Below, piece by piece: positions 58,217-64,000 of a DNA stretch of 64,000 nucleotides. A model generated the notes under the pieces. It made no database searches. It was not told the origin of the DNA and saw only the letters and a list, made by a program, of their open reading frames with translations. Source of the stretch: Candidatus Roizmanbacteria bacterium (GTDB taxonomy: Bacteria; Patescibacteriota; Microgenomatia; UBA1406); assembly GCA_024654535.1 (NCBI GenBank), contig JANLHL010000038.1:41581-105580 (forward strand), read 5' to 3'. The first letter of the stretch is position 1; each line of letters starts with the position of its first letter. A program made the position numbers and the translations under genes.

Positions 58217-59828
58217 TAGGTTCATATAGTTCAAACATGTGTTCGGTGTCACACATAATGGATTGTAGATGCTTCAGTCCATCAGTTTTATCTCCGTTCT
58301 GAGACTCAGCTTGAGAAAGAACGTATAATGTGTGTGGAGTAATATGCCCTTTTATGTCTGTTGAAAATATGAATTTATCAAAATTGGTAATTTGTGTATA
58401 TCCATACACGTCAGGTTTTTCCATAGTATGCATACTTGATGTATATCGTTGAGGTGAGTAGTTAAGGTAGAACAGCATAAAAATATATGGCTGACCATTT
58501 TCTTTGGTAATATGAAACGAATCGTAGCTATTATATTTTTTCGCGATAACTTGCGTTAATTCTTTATAGCCACATTCCCAAGAGCGAATCACTATGTTTC
58601 TATGAGAATAGTGAAAAAAATAAAAATTCCAAACATAGGCTGTAAGTATAGTGTAGCCAAATAGAGAACAAATAATAAGTGGCTTAACGTATGGGATTTT
58701 TTGCTTATTTTCCCAAATGTACGATACGGCAAGAGAGACTAAAATTAGTACCGGAACTACGAAAAAATACGACCTGTTGAGTGCGTTCTCTTGCCACGTG
58801 AGTGCGGCTGAGAGTGGTGCAACGAGCATAAGAATAAGTATGAGAATATATGACCGTTTTTTTATGTTCATATATGCAATTACTATGCCAAGTATGAATA
58901 ACATATATTCCACAATACTTAATGGAGCCATCGATGGAAATCCGAATCTATTTCCATTCGTATCTCCAGTATAGGTGAGGAAGTTTAGTGAAAAATAATT
59001 TGTATACCGTCTCAGGAATTCATATCCTCCGACAAATAAAGAGTTGCTGAATGGTGAATGTGCCTGTTCGACCATGAATTGTTGTGAGATGAGCCTTACT
59101 CCATCACTCGTGAAGAGGAATAAGTTCTTTATGCGATTCGCTGGCATTGCGATTTCTGCACTCAAAAAAGGAATGAGGAGTAGAAGCATAGCGATAAACA
59201 TATATGTGGTATTTTTTTTCGATATATTCTTTGTTTTTATAAAGTATATCCACGTTCCTAAGTATACAACTGCAATTATTCGAGCTATATGATAGGTGTA
59301 AAGCGATATGAATAGAAATAGTATGAAGAACAAGCCGTCTAATAGCCGTCTTTTTTGTGAAAGCCGGATAAGGAATATAAGGGAAAGTACAAGGAACAGA
59401 GTCATTGGGACTGCCTCATGTGCATGCCGTGCTAATATATGAATCCAAGGAGAGAATGTAGTTAAGAATGCAGTTACGAGAGCGATTTTTTTATCAAATA
59501 AAATTTTTGCAAGAAAATACATTGCTGGAATGAGAAGAATAGCAGCTATGAGCGAAGGTAAACGTGTTGTCGTTTCATTCAAACCAAAAAGGGCAATAAA
59601 TGGAATTGTTAGATACGAATATCCCGGTAGTTTATAATCGCCAAATGATACTAGACGAAGCGGGAGTTTGTTACCATACTCGTCTGCTCCCGTCTTTAAA
59701 ATACTGTACGCGTTGTACCCATACGCTGCTTCATCTGCATTGAACCCTGGAGGAACTGAATGAAGTTTATATGTGTGCAAGAACAATGCACAGAACATAA
59801 GCATCAATAAAAAAAGAACACGTTTCAT
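58188..59828 (-). CDS. GT-C (ArnT/GT39-like) membrane glycosyltransferase
   Basis: PPGFNADEAAYGYNAYSILKTGADEYG, GDYKLP, TRLPS. Start MKRVLF. Confidence 0.88.
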   Translation of the reverse strand: MKRVLFLLMLMFCALFLHTYKLHSVPPGFNADEAAYGYNAYSILKTGADEYGNKLPLRLVSFGDYKLPGYSYLTIPFIALFGLNETTTRLPSLIAAILLIPAMYFLAKILFDKKIALVTAFLTTFSPWIHILARHAHEAVPMTLFLVLSLIFLIRLSQKRRLLDGLFFILFLFISLYTYHIARIIAVVYLGTWIYFIKTKNISKKNTTYMFIAMLLLLIPFLSAEIAMPANRIKNLFLFTSDGVRLISQQFMVEQAHSPFSNSLFVGGYEFLRRYTNYFSLNFLTYTGDTNGNRFGFPSMAPLSIVEYMLFILGIVIAYMNIKKRSYILILILMLVAPLSAALTWQENALNRSYFFVVPVLILVSLAVSYIWENKQKIPYVKPLIICSLFGYTILTAYVWNFYFFHYSHRNIVIRSWECGYKELTQVIAKKYNSYDSFHITKENGQPYIFMLFYLNYSPQRYTSSMHTMEKPDVYGYTQITNFDKFIFSTDIKGHITPHTLYVLSQAESQNGDKTDGLKHLQSIMCDTEHMFELYEPITTRTNQTK

Positions 59829-60718
59829 TGTACGAGTTGCGTAATTATATCGTCCGTAATATAGTCTCTTTTTTTTGATCGGAAAGACAACAAGTGAGGT
59901 AGCTTCCCGAGTGCTGCAATAAGTGATACGAAAAATAATACATTGTGAAAAAGCGCACGTATTGCGTAGAGAGGCAGAAGAAGCAAATGTTGTACTGTAA
60001 AGCGCGTTCCCATATTCTTCCATACAAATAATAGTTGATTTCTTTGAGCAACAAAACGAATATACCAGTCGGGGAAGTAACGTCGAATCGTTGTTTCATG
60101 ATGGTGTTTAACGAGTATTGAAGGCATAAATAAGATTGTGTAATTATTTTTCCACGCTCGATAACCGAGGTCTACATCTTCCCAATAAAACGGCGAATAC
60201 ATACGGTCATACCCACCAAGTATTGTAAAAATGTCTTTTTTAAGAAGGCAACTCCCACCCTCTGGCCATAACGTCGCACATTCTTTTGTGCATATTTTCC
60301 CTGAATGCACAAATAAACCTTCCGTAAATTTGCCGGTATTGGCCCCGACGATACTGCCATTTTTTTCTACTTGGGCAAAACCAACCGCAAATAAACGTTT
60401 CGACTTCTCAAGTTTATTTTTCGCCAGTATGTACGAAGTGTCAGAGAGTATGACGTCAGAATTGAGAAGCATAATATAGTTATGCTTAGCTAAGGTAATT
60501 GCACGATTAACCGACAAACCAAATCCCATATTCCGGTCATTTTTTATATATAGACAAGTAGGGCAGATCTTTTTCACGGCGATTTTTAGCTCAAAATCCT
60601 GTGGATCGTCATTTACTATGATAATTTCACACGATTTTAAATATTTTGCATTTGTACGTAGATTTTTCAAAAAATCTTCTTTATTTTTGTAGACAGGGAT
60701 AACAACTGAAATGTTCAT
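59825..60718 (-). CDS. Glycosyltransferase family 2
   Basis: ISVVIPVY, IIVNDD, LLNSD, YWEDVDL. Confidence 0.92.
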   Translation of the reverse strand: MNISVVIPVYKNKEDFLKNLRTNAKYLKSCEIIIVNDDPQDFELKIAVKKICPTCLYIKNDRNMGFGLSVNRAITLAKHNYIMLLNSDVILSDTSYILAKNKLEKSKRLFAVGFAQVEKNGSIVGANTGKFTEGLFVHSGKICTKECATLWPEGGSCLLKKDIFTILGGYDRMYSPFYWEDVDLGYRAWKNNYTILFMPSILVKHHHETTIRRYFPDWYIRFVAQRNQLLFVWKNMGTRFTVQHLLLLPLYAIRALFHNVLFFVSLIAALGKLPHLLSFRSKKRDYITDDIITQLVQ

Positions 60719-61782
60719 AAGAGCTGGGATATAGATTTTGTAAGCGCTAGTTGTGAAAACTTATCATTCGCACGATCAACAGCTTTTTGTGATAATTTTT
60801 CTCTTAGTAGAGAGTTGTCCATGCATCTGTGTGTATATTCTATCAGTTGTTTTCGAGATGAGTATAAGTATCCGGTTTTACCGTGTAAAATTGTTTCTTT
60901 TGGCCCTCCTCCTTTGTAAGCAAAAACAACAGCACCTGAAGCCATTGCCTCAACAATGGAAATACCAAAGTGTTCCATCTTTTGGGGATTTTTGATTTCT
61001 GATTCTCCGTATCCGGTAGCATGCCAGTAGAACTGAGCTTCAGAGTAGAGTTTTTGTAATTGTTGATAGGTGTAGTTTGTTTCAATACGTATGTTAGGAT
61101 GAGGTGAAGATATTTTTCTCAGATATCTCACATAATGTTCGTCTTGTGGTTGTGAAGTTCCGACGAGAAAAAGTACATATTGATTGAATTGAGGATATTT
61201 TTCACATGCAAAAATATATGCTTTAATGAGTGTTTCTTGTTTCTTTGCGTGGAGATGTTGAAAAAAACGTCCAACAGAGATAATATACTTTTTTTTTGTT
61301 GGTGAAGAGAAAAAGGTATCTGATATCGCCGGATATACAACAGGGCCGTTCATTGTGTGATCATTTTTTATAAAAAATCTTTTGACGAAGTGAGAGTTAA
61401 ATATAGGATTCCATCGTTTTTTTTTCAATCGCTGTAAAGTTGACTTTGGTTGCACAAGATTAAGATTGGGGACTTGAAGAAGTGCAAAATTTTTCTTTGC
61501 AAACGAGAGCGGATAACTCCCATCTGGCTGGTAAAAAACAACATCAAACGTACGAGAATTTAACAATCGCTTAAGAGGAGAATAAGCATTCCACTCTTTA
61601 TACACATTGATATAGCTGTATTTATTACCAAACCTACTCATTATTTTTTCCTTTAATGTAGTATCATTCCACGCAACATATGTATCATATTCGAGAGTGT
61701 GAAGGGCAAAGGAAATATCCAACATATATTTTTCACCTCCACCAAGTGTGTCTAAATAAGGATTTAAAAAGAGTGCTTTCAT
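60715..61782 (-). CDS. Glycosyltransferase family 4
   Basis: GGGEKY, ISVGRF, EHFGISIVEAMASG. Confidence 0.92.
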   Translation of the reverse strand: MKALFLNPYLDTLGGGEKYMLDISFALHTLEYDTYVAWNDTTLKEKIMSRFGNKYSYINVYKEWNAYSPLKRLLNSRTFDVVFYQPDGSYPLSFAKKNFALLQVPNLNLVQPKSTLQRLKKKRWNPIFNSHFVKRFFIKNDHTMNGPVVYPAISDTFFSSPTKKKYIISVGRFFQHLHAKKQETLIKAYIFACEKYPQFNQYVLFLVGTSQPQDEHYVRYLRKISSPHPNIRIETNYTYQQLQKLYSEAQFYWHATGYGESEIKNPQKMEHFGISIVEAMASGAVVFAYKGGGPKETILHGKTGYLYSSRKQLIEYTHRCMDNSLLREKLSQKAVDRANDKFSQLALTKSISQLL

Positions 61783-61794
61783 GGGAATAGTATA

Positions 61795-62544
61795 CTATTG
61801 TCTTCTTTTCTCAAATAGAAATAACCATGTTATTGTCTTGCTATACCCTTGATAGAGCGATTCGATTATGCCGAGTGTTCCATCGAGAAAGCCCAATTTG
61901 CGAATAAGTCGTCGAAACAGTTCTCCTAGAAATTTTCTAAAAAAAGTTCTAATAGTAACGGTGCGTTTGGCAACATATAAGAGTTGCGATTCTATATCCT
62001 CATAAATAATAGTTTTTTTGACCATTGCATGGAGTGATGGATGGAATAAATGCGTGAGAGCGTTTTTACTTACACCAAGGTTGCCAGTAATTATGGGCAT
62101 TGAGTGTATGTGCGAGGGCCATGATTGAAATGCTATCTTTTTTATAAACCGCACTTGGTAATCAGGCCACCAACCTCCATGTTTAAGCCATTTTTTACCA
62201 ACAAAAAAATTCTTGCGTGGAATTTTGTAATGCGTATAAGTATCGTTTGTTGCCGTTTTTAATTCATGTGCAAGCTCTTTCGTCATACGTTCATCCGCGT
62301 CCAGTATGCATACCCAGTTACCATGTGCCATGCTGATACCAAATGCGCGTGCTGGCTCAACGTAGAGTGTCTGTGGTGTCGTATATACTGTAGCGCCACA
62401 TTTCCGTGCTTTGAGCACTGTTGTGTCGGTACTTTGCATGTCTATTAGGATAACATCGTTGGTCAAAAGCTTTGCCGACCTAATACACTCACATATATTA
62501 TCCTCTTCGTTATACGTGTGAATTATTGCGGTAATACTGTCCAT
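61795..62544 (-). CDS. Glycosyltransferase family 2
   Basis: YNEEDNI, STDTT, LDADE, WWPDYQVR. Confidence 0.92.
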   Translation of the reverse strand: MDSITAIIHTYNEEDNICECIRSAKLLTNDVILIDMQSTDTTVLKARKCGATVYTTPQTLYVEPARAFGISMAHGNWVCILDADERMTKELAHELKTATNDTYTHYKIPRKNFFVGKKWLKHGGWWPDYQVRFIKKIAFQSWPSHIHSMPIITGNLGVSKNALTHLFHPSLHAMVKKTIIYEDIESQLLYVAKRTVTIRTFFRKFLGELFRRLIRKLGFLDGTLGIIESLYQGYSKTITWLFLFEKRRQ

Positions 62545-62549
62545 AGTGA

Positions 62550-64000
62550 TTATAATATGATATCATGTCCGATCACAGGTTCCCTAAAGAGAATTTTTTG
62601 CACTCTTCCATCCTTATGTTTCAATTCTATATAACCTCCATCGATTGGATAGAGTACTGTCTTTTTTGCCTGTAATACTTTCAGTGCTTGTTTGTATATT
62701 TGTGGATCAACGCGTTTCGGATAGAATATACGCTGTTCTTGTGTTTGTACTGTAATCCCTGGATCAAGTTTTTCTACCATCACCCTGAGAGATTTTTTAT
62801 CTAATACAGAACCAATTTTTACCGTTTTTTCAGGAAGATTATTTGCTTTATAGAGATATTCTACGTCATGCTTTTTTAATCCAGTTAATGTTAAAAGTTG
62901 AGATTGTAGTAGTGGCTCGTTGCGTATTTTGTTTGGGGTTACATAAAGAATAGGAGTATTGTCTATTCTTGAACTTTCTGAAATGAGAGTATTCTGAATG
63001 AAAATGCGTGAGAAGGTGCTTAATAGTGGGACGTGACGAATACTTTTATACGATTTAAATTGTGGGAATAAGAAATTTTCATTCCACTGTATTTTCCACA
63101 CATTGTGTTCTCTTAAAAGAGTGAGGGGAATATTGTATGTTATTGAGCCCGTGGGGGTTATGTAGTGCACAGAAACACCAGTAGATACTTTATTTTCCCA
63201 CGGTAATACAAACGGTAGAGAGCCGATCGTAATATCTTTTGAAACAAGTTGTATGTTATATTCTAGAGTTTTTCCAACTCGCCAAAATTGTATTCTGCTT
63301 ACTGAAAGTCGTGTTTTTTCGTCGATTGAAGCATACATATCTTGGTAGGCGCTGCTTTTCCAAAGTTTCTGCACGTCAGCCACCATCATGCTTGGTTGAG
63401 GAAAAAGGAATAGAAAATATTGTGTCACAATAATTGCGCCTAGGAACACCTTAAGTGGTATAGAAAATCTAATGATCTTTTGGGAAACGAATATAAGAAG
63501 TAATGGCAATACTAGTAATAAATATCGAGGGAAAAATGGAACTGCCAAAAACGATAGTAACAGCAATGCCGTTATGTATAGTGCGTAGAGATATTCATGT
63601 GTAACTGTAGATTTATATATAAATATTTTCCATACCTTCTGTATAAATACTATCCCCATTATTGGCCACAGTATTGTCCAGTACTCAATAAATCGCCACG
63701 TATCGTTTGCATTCCATCCTTTAGTGACACCTAAAAATAGAGTAAAAAATACGAGTCCAGGAAATGCGTGCGCACCTGATGACATGTAGAATGCAAGTAC
63801 CCATTTTTCTGCGCGTAACCATTGCATAATACCCTCATTCATTAAATACGGTATAAATATGGCAGAGTAGGTGAGTATTGAGACTAGAACAATTGGAATC
63901 ATATGAAATATAACCCTTTTTTTATATAGATATATACTATCAGCAAGTAGTATGGCACCACCAAAGAAACCGATTTTTATACCCATGAACGCACCAAAAA
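62550..64000 (-). CDS. 5'-truncated GT-C-like membrane protein with a C-terminal MecA_N/PBP-dimerisation-like domain
   Basis: Multi-TM region with PRYLLLVLP; soluble tail W..SAYQDMY..WKIQW..FLFP..LYVTP..GHDIIL. Confidence 0.6.
   Translation of the reverse strand, partial: FGAFMGIKIGFFGGAILLADSIYLYKKRVIFHMIPIVLVSILTYSAIFIPYLMNEGIMQWLRAEKWVLAFYMSSGAHAFPGLVFFTLFLGVTKGWNANDTWRFIEYWTILWPIMGIVFIQKVWKIFIYKSTVTHEYLYALYITALLLLSFLAVPFFPRYLLLVLPLLLIFVSQKIIRFSIPLKVFLGAIIVTQYFLFLFPQPSMMVADVQKLWKSSAYQDMYASIDEKTRLSVSRIQFWRVGKTLEYNIQLVSKDITIGSLPFVLPWENKVSTGVSVHYITPTGSITYNIPLTLLREHNVWKIQWNENFLFPQFKSYKSIRHVPLLSTFSRIFIQNTLISESSRIDNTPILYVTPNKIRNEPLLQSQLLTLTGLKKHDVEYLYKANNLPEKTVKIGSVLDKKSLRVMVEKLDPGITVQTQEQRIFYPKRVDPQIYKQALKVLQAKKTVLYPIDGGYIELKHKDGRVQKILFREPVIGHDIIL

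Noticed and set aside
374..63433. Many 60-170 aa ORFs antisense to or nested in well-supported genes
   Set aside because: No recognisable motifs and fully overlapping confident CDSs.
1..64000. Alternative genetic code (TGA=Gly as in Gracilibacteria/SR1)
   Set aside because: Conserved genes are full length in code 11, and TGA ends nusA and infB at the expected positions.

Overview
64 kb of gene-dense bacterial chromosome in the standard code. Gene content suggests a CPR/Patescibacteria genome, probably Microgenomates such as Roizmanbacteria (inference from CPR-type pilins, short IF-2, alpha2 GlyRS, DUF4012, C1-G72 tRNA-Tyr and many GT39 genes). The core carries the 3' part of nrdJ, an ATP-dependent ligase, hisS, recO, glyQS, nusA, infB, a class A PBP, sufS, lon, rmuC, a UvrD-nuclease fusion, a 5'-3' exonuclease, a glycosyltransferase cluster and 5 tRNAs (Tyr, Cys, Ser x2, Lys). 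Most notable: (1) a ~5 kb island with no recombinase in the tRNA-Tyr 3' end, whose ends rejoin into a symmetric serine-integrase-type attP and which holds two more identically spaced att half-sites, suggesting a tandem cassette array; (2) two separate clusters of small general-stress proteins that share a Crp-type operator, one next to a Crp/Fnr gene and the other leading into an LPNTG-anchored DUF3494 ice-binding-like protein plus class F sortase; (3) an ApbE / FMN-binding / RnfD-like-FNR flavinylation module; (4) an unannotated 44-aa ORF convergent with a ~90-nt candidate sRNA; (5) widespread leaderless gene starts. All calls were made by eye, without database searches.
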